The translations under genes were made by a program, and so were the position numbers. A DNA stretch of 31,374 bases. Source: a bacterium (GTDB taxonomy: Bacteria > Bipolaricaulota > Bipolaricaulia > UBA7950 > UBA9294). The stretch is from NCBI GenBank assembly GCA_030671645.1, contig DAOVHV010000001.1:1-31374 (forward strand), given 5' to 3'. The notes beneath the pieces are model-generated. The model was not told the DNA's origin, made no database searches, and worked only from the letters and a program-made list of their open reading frames with translations. The stretch's first letter is position 1. Every line of letters begins with the position of its first letter. Positions 1-8,790 of the stretch are shown here, in pieces.

Positions 1-554
1 AGAACGATCTGCCTGATTCCAATCCCCAGCGTCTCTACACAGCGCACAAGATTATGTACGGCTGTGATTGAGCCAGTGACGATATGAACATCGACTTCAA
101 GACGTGTTCCCGTCATGCCAACCGGATCAGTAATACCATCCTGGCCATCGACAATGTACTGGCGCGGGATGATGTGAATCATCTCAGATTCCGGAGGAAT
201 CTGAATCGCCTGTGCCGTCTCCACCACACGTCGAACATCTTCGTGGGTGATGATTCGGTCGGGGCGATTGATGGAAACGGTTCCCGAATTGTTGATGGAA
301 GCGATGTGCTTTCCAGCAATCCCTACATACACGGAGTCGATCTTGACATCAGCCATGTTCTCGGCTTCTTCGACCGACTTGCGGATGGAAGACATGGTTC
401 GACCGATGTCGACCACGACACCCTTCTCCAATCCGTGAGATTCGGACTTCCCCATTCCAATTATTTCGATCGTCCCGTCGATGACATTCCCGACAAGCGT
501 CACGACTTTAGTGGTGCCAACGTCAATGCCGACAACCACCGTTTCCTTTCTCAT
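1..554 (-). CDS. ftsA: Cell division protein FtsA, N-terminal part (runs off left edge; not in ORF track)
   Basis: Manual translation from ATG at 554: MRKETVVVGIDVGTTKVVTLVGNVIDGTIEIIGMGKSESHGLEKGVVVDIGRTMSSIRKSVEEAENMADVKIDSVYVGIAGKHI. It has the actin-fold GIDVGTTK motif, overlaps the ftsQ stop (ATGA), and sits in the standard ftsQ-ftsA order. Confidence 0.96.
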   Translation of the reverse strand, partial: MRKETVVVGIDVGTTKVVTLVGNVIDGTIEIIGMGKSESHGLEKGVVVDIGRTMSSIRKSVEEAENMADVKIDSVYVGIAGKHIASINNSGTVSINRPDRIITHEDVRRVVETAQAIQIPPESEMIHIIPRQYIVDGQDGITDPVGMTGTRLEVDVHIVTGSITAVHNLVRCVETLGIGIRQIV

Positions 555-1288
555 CTCCTCACCGCCTTACGGGGCACGAGCGTTGCCTCTCCCCCAAACC
601 TGATATCAATCAATTCGTAACGTTCGATCTCAATCTCTCGACAGAGTACCTCCAACGCTGCCAAACGATCCAATATGTGGACTATATCGCCCAATTGGAC
701 GCGAACATCATTCGCCAAGATTAGCTCAATAGAACGCAAATTCGTAACATCCACGCTTCGTACGACAAGCTCACATAAGTTGCTTTGGAGTGCAACAAGG
801 AGTTCAACAACTTGCAAGTTGAGAAGGACATCCCCACTCCCCCAGCCGGAGAATGCTGCACCGACGAGTTTCAAGGAAGAAGAAACGGCCTCGTCCTTTC
901 CTACGATGACACCACCCTCGGCGATGGCCACTCTGGAGTTTTCGGAGGGGTGTTGCGACCAAGCAATGACTTGCCGCTCTTCGATTACAAGTTGAATGGT
1001 ATGAGGAAAGACTCTTCGCACCGATGCATGCTTCACCCAGGGATGCTGTTCCACTCGGCGTCGAACGAGTCCTGCCGGTACGGAGAATATCGTCTGACCG
1101 CGATGGAGTTGTGACAAAGCAACCAACTCAGCCGCCGTAGCATGCTGATTCCCAGAAATTACAACCTCACGCACATCGCAGATCCGAAGCCACGGAGTGT
1201 AAAGGGCCATGATTGCAGCAGCGATGAGTACCCCCCCTGATATGAAGACCCAAACGACGCTCTGGCGCTTGGCGTTCCCCTCCTTCAC
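551..1288 (-). CDS. ftsQ: Cell division protein FtsQ/DivIB
   Basis: Short basic N-terminus, one TM helix, POTRA-like segment (VREVVISGNQH...PWVKHASVRRVFPHTIQLVIEER), C-terminal YELIDIRF; directly upstream of ftsA. Confidence 0.9.
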   Translation of the reverse strand: MKEGNAKRQSVVWVFISGGVLIAAAIMALYTPWLRICDVREVVISGNQHATAAELVALSQLHRGQTIFSVPAGLVRRRVEQHPWVKHASVRRVFPHTIQLVIEERQVIAWSQHPSENSRVAIAEGGVIVGKDEAVSSSLKLVGAAFSGWGSGDVLLNLQVVELLVALQSNLCELVVRSVDVTNLRSIELILANDVRVQLGDIVHILDRLAALEVLCREIEIERYELIDIRFGGEATLVPRKAVRR

Positions 1289-1335
1289 CCGTCAAAGACC
1301 TCTTTTTCCCCTACAGCAGAGAGATTCGTGAAAAT

Positions 1336-1364
1336 GTTATACAGTTTTTGTGCTCGAATGTCAA
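1336..1364 (-). promoter_or_regulatory. Sigma70-type promoter for ftsQ-ftsA
   Basis: Minus strand reads TTGACA (1364-1359), 17 nt spacer, TATAAC (1341-1336), about 48 nt upstream of the ftsQ GTG. Confidence 0.8.
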
Positions 1365-1548
1365 TTCGCTTGCCGATCTTAGCGATTTTGGATCGGCTGA
1401 AATCAGACCGACTTTCGATGCATTTCCTCATCAAGTACAATCATTTCGCCTAGGCTCAAGTAGGATAAGACTTAGATGTGAGATTTCCCCTTTACTTGCA
1501 TTAGGAGTTGGCACTCGCACATTCGCGACTTCACTCAGCTTCCTTGGC

Positions 1549-2943
1549 TCAAATCGAGCACGAAACGCGGTACAGGAAGTGGCCTTCTTCGAGGAGTCGT
1601 GCCAGTCGCTCTGTGTCCTGCCAGACAGCTCCGGCGCCGAAGCTGATGAGGAAATCCTCTGGCTCGATGTAATCTGCGAGGAAACGGACGGTCTCGTCCT
1701 TTGTCTCGATCATCCGTACGGCACATTGGGTATCTCGACGGATGGCGTCGAGCACATGGATGGAGGAAATTCCCGGGATCTCCAATTCACAGGCCGAATA
1801 GATAGGATTAACCAAAACAGTGTCTGCATCTGTAAATGCCACTCCGAATTCGTCTCCCAATGCTTTCGTTCGGCTGTAGCGATGTGGCTGGAAAACGGCG
1901 ATGATGCGCCTGCCCGGCCATCCAGTTCGAATTGCTTGAAGGCTCGCTTCGATCTCTTCGGGCAGATGTGCGTAGTCGTCGACCACGGTGACGCCGTTCT
2001 CTTCGAGAAGCTCGAATCGTCGGTGCGGCAACTGAAACGCAGACAAGCCGCAAGCCGCTTCTGCCAATGGCATACCCGTCAGTTGCACTGCCGCCAGCGC
2101 ACATAGCGCATTTCGAACGTTGTGTTTCCCTGGTGCCGGAAGAACGACACGATCCACCAAGGTGCCGTTCTCATATAGGTCGAACGTTGTCGTCCATTGA
2201 TCGTACGCCAGGTGTCTTGCTTCCAGGTCGGCGGCAACATCAATCCCTACGGTTGTGGCCGTTTGGAAAGCCTGTGCCAGGTTGGCCACTCGGTCATCGT
2301 CGATGCACAACACCTGTCTTGCTGATTGGCTCAGATATTGGGTGAACGCCCGTTCAATATGCTCAAGATCATGGTAGGTCTGAAGATGATCCTTCCCGAT
2401 GTTAGTAAGCACGGCGATTTCGGGTTGAACCTCCACCAACAACCCATCGGACTCGTCGACTTCGGCAACGAACCAATTTCCCGAATCCAAGCAGGCATTT
2501 CCGCCCAGAGCAGGGCAATCGGCTCCGATGAGATAGCTCGGCTTCTCCCCTCGATCTTTGAGGATGGTCGCTATCATGGCCGTGGTGGTGGTTTTACCGT
2601 GTGTTCCGGCCACGCCGATACTGCGATGCTTCTGTAGAAGCCGCGCCATAGCTCTCAGCCGGGGCACAACGGGAATGCGATGCCGCCTTGCTGCCAGCAC
2701 TTCCTCGTGATCCGCGGCAATTGCCGAAGAAACGATGACTCCGTCAAGGTTGCGAGAGACGTATCCTGCACTATGGCCGCGGTGAATGCGCGCGCCTGAC
2801 TGGCGCAGAACGTCCGTCTCGCGATTCGCGCACAGATCGGAGCCGGTCACGTGAACACCGTGAGAAAGAAGAACGGACGCCAATCCGCTCATGCCGATGC
2901 CTCCGACCCCTACGAAATGAACCCGCGAACCCCTCTCAATCAC
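1549..2943 (-). CDS. murC: UDP-N-acetylmuramate--L-alanine ligase
   Basis: HFVGVGGIGMSGLA, GTHGKTTTT, EVDESD, DDYAHLPEEI, VFQPHRYSRT motifs; GTGA overlap with murG stop. Confidence 0.97.
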   Translation of the reverse strand: MIERGSRVHFVGVGGIGMSGLASVLLSHGVHVTGSDLCANRETDVLRQSGARIHRGHSAGYVSRNLDGVIVSSAIAADHEEVLAARRHRIPVVPRLRAMARLLQKHRSIGVAGTHGKTTTTAMIATILKDRGEKPSYLIGADCPALGGNACLDSGNWFVAEVDESDGLLVEVQPEIAVLTNIGKDHLQTYHDLEHIERAFTQYLSQSARQVLCIDDDRVANLAQAFQTATTVGIDVAADLEARHLAYDQWTTTFDLYENGTLVDRVVLPAPGKHNVRNALCALAAVQLTGMPLAEAACGLSAFQLPHRRFELLEENGVTVVDDYAHLPEEIEASLQAIRTGWPGRRIIAVFQPHRYSRTKALGDEFGVAFTDADTVLVNPIYSACELEIPGISSIHVLDAIRRDTQCAVRMIETKDETVRFLADYIEPEDFLISFGAGAVWQDTERLARLLEEGHFLYRVSCSI

Positions 2944-4067
2944 GGGTGAACCTCCCTCATCAATGATCCAATCTCACCTAGGATGAGCGACTGAGCACTT
3001 CGCTGTCCCAGCCGCCTGGCATTGCCAGCCAGCCGTTCGAGACCTAGCTCATCACCCATCTGACCTAGGATGACGCCGACCAAACCATGGCGAACGATAA
3101 CCTCCTCATCCGCCACTGTACAAGCGCATTCTTCCTCCATTATCTGGGCATTCTTCCTCTGATGATCGTCGGCCGCTTCCTTCCAAGGAACGAGTAACGA
3201 GGCTTTCCCGCACGATATTATCTCCGCCAACGACGTCGCTCCGGCACGGCAGACGACGAGATCGGCAATGGCGAACGCAGCTCCCATCTGATGGACATAT
3301 CCCTTGACGACAATGTTCGCTACTCCTGCTGCGGCCAGCTCGGCTTGAATTGCCGTCTTGATTTCGGGATCGCCGGTGATAAGAAGAATCTGGAGGTCCT
3401 CGTTCCGAGCAATGGCTTCTTTCCCGAACAGCACTTGCTCCGTGATTTCCGCGGAGCCTTTTGATCCCCCGAAAACGAGAATCGTTCTTCGCCCGGGGTC
3501 GAGCCCGAAGTGACGATAGAGGGCGGGGGAACGCTTGACATGAAGAAACTCTTCACGAATCGGATTTCCTGTCACCACTATCTTGCGCGCATGAGGGAAC
3601 GAGCGTTTCGATTGTGGGAACGAAAGCATGACCAGATCGACGAAACGAGACAGCCATCGATTGGCCAATCCGCCGATTACGTTCTGCTCGTGGATGACGG
3701 TTCGAATCGGAAGCACGCACCCTAGCAGCGCGCCAAGCAGAACGGGCGCAAACGAGGAATGCCCTCCTACTCCAATAACGAGTTGAGGCCGAAATCGCAG
3801 GAAGAGCACAACCGTCTGCACAAATCCCAGCAATAGTCGAATCATTGCCGGCGCGTTTTTCATCCAGCTCGTGCGAACCAAGCCGCTGGCCAGGATGGGA
3901 TGAAAGCGAATCCAAGGATAGGAGAGCAGCATACGTGCTTCAACACCGCTCTTCGTCCCAATATGGACGAATCGTGCTTGCGGATACTTCTTTCTCAGCC
4001 CCTCACATATCGCAAGTGCAGGATAGAAGTGCCCGCCGGTTCCCCCACCTGCAACCAGGATTCTCAT
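2940..4067 (-). CDS. murG: Undecaprenyl-PP-MurNAc-pentapeptide N-acetylglucosaminyltransferase
   Basis: True start MRILVAGGGTGGHFYPALA at ATG 4067 (ATGA overlap with ftsW stop); HEQNVIGGLAN, TGNPIR, FGGSKG, RAGATSLAE motifs. The first 78 aa of the track ORF are spurious. Confidence 0.96.
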   Translation of the reverse strand: MRILVAGGGTGGHFYPALAICEGLRKKYPQARFVHIGTKSGVEARMLLSYPWIRFHPILASGLVRTSWMKNAPAMIRLLLGFVQTVVLFLRFRPQLVIGVGGHSSFAPVLLGALLGCVLPIRTVIHEQNVIGGLANRWLSRFVDLVMLSFPQSKRSFPHARKIVVTGNPIREEFLHVKRSPALYRHFGLDPGRRTILVFGGSKGSAEITEQVLFGKEAIARNEDLQILLITGDPEIKTAIQAELAAAGVANIVVKGYVHQMGAAFAIADLVVCRAGATSLAEIISCGKASLLVPWKEAADDHQRKNAQIMEEECACTVADEEVIVRHGLVGVILGQMGDELGLERLAGNARRLGQRSAQSLILGEIGSLMREVHP

Positions 4068-5164
4068 GCCTGCGCCCCCTGTTTCGAAACGTTGAGAAGA
4101 ACTCCGATCAGGGCGAGAGTGATGATAAGCGACGACCCGCCGTTGCTGAAGAAAGGAAACGTCAATCCAGTAACCGGAAGAAGTCCAACTACGACTCCCA
4201 AATTCACGAGCGTCTGGAATCCCAGCGTGAAACCGATCCCCATGGCCAAGAGTTGTCCCAGACGATCGGGCGCTGTCTCGGCGATTCTGAAGGCCCTCCA
4301 CACCAGCAATCCAATGAGTGCCACAATGGCCAGCACTCCGATGAGACCAAGTTCCTCGGCAAGGACGGACATGATGAAGTCGTTGTGAGATTGTGGCAGG
4401 TAGAACAGCTTCGCATGCGACGCGCCAAGTCCTCGCCCCAAGATTCCGCCCGATCCGATGGCCGTGAGCGATTGAATGGTTTGATAACCGGTCGATTGGC
4501 TGTAGGCCTGCGGACTAAGGAACGACAACAATCGCGCAAACCGATAGGGTTCGAAACGGATGGCCAAGAACGCGAGAGGGATACCGGCAGCGCCCACAGC
4601 CAGCAGATGTAGTATGCGAGCTCCGGCAAAGAACAACATGGCCATCGTCACCATACCGAAGACAACGATCATGCCCAGATCCGGCTGAACAATCACAATG
4701 GCTGCCAGCAGGCCCAGAAGAATGAGATAAGGCAGCACTCCCTCTGAGAAGCTCCTGATCGTGTCGCCTTTCCGACTTAGAGAGTGGGCCATGAACAAAA
4801 TGAGCGAAAACTTGACCGCCTCGGTCGGTTGGAACGTGAATGGGCCTAACGGGAGCCAGCGCCCATTCGACAAACCGATCGGGAGTATGGTCAGCAGCGT
4901 CAACAAGATGCCGCCGATGAGGAACACGTCGTTTAGCAGTACCAAGCGGTGATAATCCCAGCGCTCCAAGACAATCAGTGCAAGAATGCCGACGCCGGCC
5001 GCCAACAGTTGGCGAATCAGCATCGAGGTATCGGAACCGTAGTGACGCAAAGAAAACGGGCTACTGGCGCTGTAAAGCATGATGAAGCCAGAGAATAGAA
5101 GCAACGCGGTCACGAAAACGGCGTGTCGATCCACCAATCCACCCACGCTAGGTCCCCCTCCCAC
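4064..5164 (-). CDS. ftsW: SEDS family peptidoglycan polymerase FtsW
   Basis: Multi-TM protein with RWLPLGPFTFQPTEAVK, QPDLG, YQTIQSLTAIGSGG, LPQSHNDFI, EELGLIG, GLTFPFFSNGGSS; between murD and murG. Start could instead be GTG 5134. Confidence 0.94.
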   Translation of the reverse strand: MGGGPSVGGLVDRHAVFVTALLLFSGFIMLYSASSPFSLRHYGSDTSMLIRQLLAAGVGILALIVLERWDYHRLVLLNDVFLIGGILLTLLTILPIGLSNGRWLPLGPFTFQPTEAVKFSLILFMAHSLSRKGDTIRSFSEGVLPYLILLGLLAAIVIVQPDLGMIVVFGMVTMAMLFFAGARILHLLAVGAAGIPLAFLAIRFEPYRFARLLSFLSPQAYSQSTGYQTIQSLTAIGSGGILGRGLGASHAKLFYLPQSHNDFIMSVLAEELGLIGVLAIVALIGLLVWRAFRIAETAPDRLGQLLAMGIGFTLGFQTLVNLGVVVGLLPVTGLTFPFFSNGGSSLIITLALIGVLLNVSKQGAQA

Positions 5165-5279
5165 GCAAAGTCATGGCTTAGTTAGATACCCCGATTAATG
5201 GGTACGGCATCTGTCCATGACTGGAAAGGAAAGAGGACCACGAAACACTGAAGATCGGTCCGTCGAACAGCAGACAGGT

Positions 5280-5294
5280 GTCCCGAATCGGGAC
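5280..5294. other. Short perfect inverted repeat just after murD stop
   Basis: GTCCCGA-A-TCGGGAC. No U-tract, so function is unclear (stabilising hairpin or operator). Confidence 0.35.
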
Positions 5295-5297
5295 GAG

Positions 5298-6632
5298 CTA
5301 CGTCCTTGATTGCACGTTTTCGAAGCCGGGCTGGGATCGGATCAAACTTGCGAACGCATCGCCACGTTCGGTGTAGTCAGCGAATGCATCGAAACTGGAA
5401 CAAGCCGGCGACAACACGAGAACGTCACCCGGCTGAGCAACCAAAACCCCACGAGTCACCGCCTCTCTCATCGTTCGCACGGAACATGGCGCGGACTCAA
5501 CGCGAGGGTGCTGCTCGAAAACATGGCGTAGCGTGTTGGCGGCTTCTCCGAACAGAATGACTTCCCGGATGTCGGAAGCTGCGATTTCATCGACCAAAGA
5601 CTCATAACCCGCACACTTGGAACGCCCGCCCAACAGCAGAACAACGGGTGAATCAATGGCACGAAGAGCAGCGATCGCCGATCCGGCGTTGGTCGATTTG
5701 GAATCATTGATCACACGCACGCCGCCGACGGCCCCAACGGTCTCCATGCGATGGGGAAGCCGGAATGCCTCACGCACAGCATCCATCGGAACCTTCGATA
5801 CGTCGAATTCGGGAACGAGGCCCGCACAAGCTGCCAACGCTGCGCGCAGGTTGGAGCGTTCATGGGGCAGCAGCCTCTCCATGCTTACGGGCAAACGTTC
5901 GAAACACGTATCGTAAAACACGCGCCGGGCATTACCCTGCTCGAATTGAGAAGTGAGTGTACTCGGCAGGATGGCTACATCGGCAGGTTCCTGATTAGCG
6001 AACAGCTTGCCTTTGGCATTCGCGTAAGACCGCATGTCGCCGTGACGGCGAATGTGATCCGGTGATAGGTTGAGCAGTACTCCGATGTGTGGACGGAAGC
6101 CCCGGCTTTGCTCCAGCTGATAGCTGCTGATCTCCAGCACGAGGGTGTCCGATTCCGAGATCTCGTCAATGACGGAAATCAGGGGGATCCCGATATTCCC
6201 TGCCACCCACGCCTGTCTTCCTAGGGATTGAAGGATCTTCCCAATCACCTCAACAGTCGAGCTCTTGCCATTGGTTCCTGTCACTGCGATGACGGGGCAA
6301 CTCCCTACCATGCCTAGGGCGAAGTCAATCTCCGAGAGCACCGGTAGGCCTCTTCGTCGTGCTTCCTCGAGTATCGGAAGTTCCAAAGGGATCCCGGGGC
6401 TCAACACAACAACGTCAGCTTCCTGAAGGAATCTGGGCGTATGCCCTGACTGCTCGAAGGGGATGTTGTTCTCGCGCAACCAGTTCTGTTGGCCTTCCGA
6501 CAGGCAGCCCTGCTCGCTTACGCAGGCCCAAAGTGCATGGCGGGCAGCGAACTCGCAGACGGCTCGCCCGGTTGCGCCGAATCCCAGCACGAGGATACGT
6601 CGTAGTGTGTTTGATTCCTGGGATTGACTCAT
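5298..6632 (-). CDS. murD: UDP-N-acetylmuramoyl-L-alanine--D-glutamate ligase
   Basis: LGFGATG, VLSPGIP, AVTGTNGKSST, AGNIGIPL, LEISSYQLE, NLSPDHIRRH, INDSKSTN, LSPACSSFDAF. Confidence 0.96.
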   Translation of the reverse strand: MSQSQESNTLRRILVLGFGATGRAVCEFAARHALWACVSEQGCLSEGQQNWLRENNIPFEQSGHTPRFLQEADVVVLSPGIPLELPILEEARRRGLPVLSEIDFALGMVGSCPVIAVTGTNGKSSTVEVIGKILQSLGRQAWVAGNIGIPLISVIDEISESDTLVLEISSYQLEQSRGFRPHIGVLLNLSPDHIRRHGDMRSYANAKGKLFANQEPADVAILPSTLTSQFEQGNARRVFYDTCFERLPVSMERLLPHERSNLRAALAACAGLVPEFDVSKVPMDAVREAFRLPHRMETVGAVGGVRVINDSKSTNAGSAIAALRAIDSPVVLLLGGRSKCAGYESLVDEIAASDIREVILFGEAANTLRHVFEQHPRVESAPCSVRTMREAVTRGVLVAQPGDVLVLSPACSSFDAFADYTERGDAFASLIRSQPGFENVQSRT

Positions 6633-7516
6633 GTCATTCGCTTCGCAATCCGCGTTTCCAGGATCCGTTCCCGCGGGTCATCTTGCATCAGAAGATCAGC
6701 GGCAGTCGCGTCGTCCAGCGCCAGCTTGGGAACAAGGCCCACGATTTCGGATTCCAGTACCCGAACGCCTACTTGTTCCGCTTCACGGCTGACAGCACGA
6801 AAAGCCGCCGGGATGGTCGTAGCAGTGATGTCAGTCAGGTTCATGGAGACTTGCGCCAAATTCCGAGAGTCGAGCGATAGTCCCAATGCCTTGACGCCGG
6901 GCAAGCCGCCGTTTGCCTCGCGAATCGCCAAAGCGATTTCGCGCGCGATGGCGACTTCCGCTGTGTCCAGAACAACGTTGAAGGCGACCAGGAGATGACG
7001 TGCGCCGACGGCAACGGCTCCCGCTGTTGGATGAGGCTGCCGGGGTCCGAAATCCGGCCGCATCTCTGCCAGCTTCTTCGACAGTCCTTCGAATCCCCCT
7101 CGTCGAATCCGTGGAAGCGATGATCGATGTGCCGATCGTGCGGCCATTCCATAAAGATACACAGGCAAGGCCCAGCGATCGGCAATCGTTCGACCGATAC
7201 GTCGAGCCACGGCCACACAGTCGGCCATCTCCGCCGCTTGCAGGGGTACAAACGGGATTACATCGACGGCACCGATGCGGGGATGAACGCCACAATGCGT
7301 TCCTAAATCAATCAGGGCTGTCGCGCTTTCTACCAGCGCAACAGCCCCATCGGCAATCTGTTCCTCGTCGCCGATGATCGTGAAGACAGATCGGTGATGA
7401 TCGCAATCCGAATGAATGTCAAGTACGCAGCATCCAGTGCGCGCGATCGATTCCGCAATCCGTTCGATGATCGTACGATCGCGCCCTTCGCTCACATTGG
7501 GTACGCACTCGATCAA
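6629..7516 (-). CDS. ftcD: Stand-alone glutamate formimidoyltransferase (FT domain of FTCD)
   Basis: MIECVPNVSEGRD, DHHRSVFT, HPRIGAVDVIPFVP, PVYLYG, GARHLLVAFNV, QVSMNLTD, ESEIVGLVP. TTG start overlaps the fabZ stop; stop overlaps the murD ATG. Confidence 0.92.
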   Translation of the reverse strand: MIECVPNVSEGRDRTIIERIAESIARTGCCVLDIHSDCDHHRSVFTIIGDEEQIADGAVALVESATALIDLGTHCGVHPRIGAVDVIPFVPLQAAEMADCVAVARRIGRTIADRWALPVYLYGMAARSAHRSSLPRIRRGGFEGLSKKLAEMRPDFGPRQPHPTAGAVAVGARHLLVAFNVVLDTAEVAIAREIALAIREANGGLPGVKALGLSLDSRNLAQVSMNLTDITATTIPAAFRAVSREAEQVGVRVLESEIVGLVPKLALDDATAADLLMQDDPRERILETRIAKRMT

Positions 7517-7968
7517 TCCATCCCCTTGGCGTTCTCCATTTCGCCCGGCACCAGTAGCGAGATGGTGGCCGCGGCCGCCAACTCGCCATCCACCGTCGCT
7601 TCGACTGTTGCCTGCAGCAGTTCTCGCTTCCGACGCGCGATCCGCGCCTCCATACGCAGCTGATCCCCAGGAACCACCTTACGACGAAACTTGGCCTTGT
7701 CGATGCCGACAAGATATCCGATGGAAGGAGACTCCCTCTCATCATCCAGCACAAGGAAGGCTGCAGTTTGAGTCATGGCTTCGAGGATGAGAACTCCAGG
7801 CATGACCGCCTCCAGCGGAGGCGGGAAATGTCCCTGGAAGAACGGCTCGTTGGCAGTAACGTTCTTCACGCCAACAACTCTCTCCGCGCTTCGCTCGACA
7901 ATCCGATCGACGAGGAGAAACGGATACCGGTGAGGCAAGCATTGCCGAATCGCTTCGATATCGTACAT
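7513..7968 (-). CDS. fabZ: 3-hydroxyacyl-ACP dehydratase
   Basis: LPHRYPFLLVD, KNVTANEPFFQGHFP, MPGVLILEAMTQ, KFRRKVVPGD. Confidence 0.96.
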   Translation of the reverse strand: MYDIEAIRQCLPHRYPFLLVDRIVERSAERVVGVKNVTANEPFFQGHFPPPLEAVMPGVLILEAMTQTAAFLVLDDERESPSIGYLVGIDKAKFRRKVVPGDQLRMEARIARRKRELLQATVEATVDGELAAAATISLLVPGEMENAKGMD

Positions 7969-7981
7969 TCGTCGTCCCGTT

Positions 7982-8725
7982 CTAGAGATAGCCTTCGATT
8001 TCAGCCTTCACCAGCTCGGTGATATCGTCGATGGTTACCGGATTCCGATACATGATGACGTCCTTCTTTCGGATAACGATGTCATAGCCGTACTCGTTTG
8101 CCACCTTCTCGGTCGCCTGCACCAGCTTGGTGGTGGCCGCAGACGTGACGTAGCCGTCAAACTGTTCGAACATCGCCGAGAGTGCCGTGTAACGATTCTG
8201 AAATTCGGTAGCATCGATGGCACCTACACGAATCGTCGAAACAAGGTTGTTGATCTCGTCGATGAGGGGCTGAGCTTCTTCGCGCAACGTAATTAGGGTA
8301 CTGCGCAGATCCGAGAATTCGTTCGACGCGATCATGCGATCGAGCGTGCCGGAGGCAGTGGTAACGCGAGCATCAAGCAGCTCGGCGTTGAGTTCATAGA
8401 TGCCTCGCTCATAGTCGTCCCTGGCAATGATCCCTTGCGCGTACTCGTTTTTGAGATCGTTAATCTCGTTGTTCTTGTCAGTAATCTGCTGTCTGAGATC
8501 ACCCACAGCCAGAACGAACACGAGAAATGCATCTTCAGCGTCCATGTACGCCAGTTTCATCGATTGGGATGCACTCGCTTGCTTCAGCTGAGTGATGTCG
8601 GCTTGGATCGCGTCCAAGTCCGAACTCCCTACTCCGCCATCGGAAGGAAGCACGAACTGCAGCACCAGTGCGCCAACCGCCAGGATCAGCGCCAAACCTG
8701 CTACCACCAATATATTTCGAGACAT
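7982..8725 (-). CDS. Skp/OmpH-family periplasmic chaperone, elongated (247 aa)
   Basis: N-terminal hydrophobic helix; LAYMD beta-strand; long helical middle; C-terminal ATEKVANEYGYDIVI...DITELVKAEI typical of OmpH; directly downstream of bamA. Confidence 0.75.
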   Translation of the reverse strand: MSRNILVVAGLALILAVGALVLQFVLPSDGGVGSSDLDAIQADITQLKQASASQSMKLAYMDAEDAFLVFVLAVGDLRQQITDKNNEINDLKNEYAQGIIARDDYERGIYELNAELLDARVTTASGTLDRMIASNEFSDLRSTLITLREEAQPLIDEINNLVSTIRVGAIDATEFQNRYTALSAMFEQFDGYVTSAATTKLVQATEKVANEYGYDIVIRKKDVIMYRNPVTIDDITELVKAEIEGYL

Positions 8726-8790
8726 GTGTTCTCCTCCTTGTCCATCGCCGTTCTCTCTGATTATAAAGGCCTCAGTTCAACAAGCCACCT

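Noticed and set aside
84-620. 178-aa plus-strand ORF
   Set aside because: Antisense shadow of ftsA, which the track missed because it runs off the window edge.
4068-4301. 78-aa N-terminal extension of MurG in the ORF track
   Set aside because: Overlaps ftsW; the real start is ATG 4067 with ATGA coupling.
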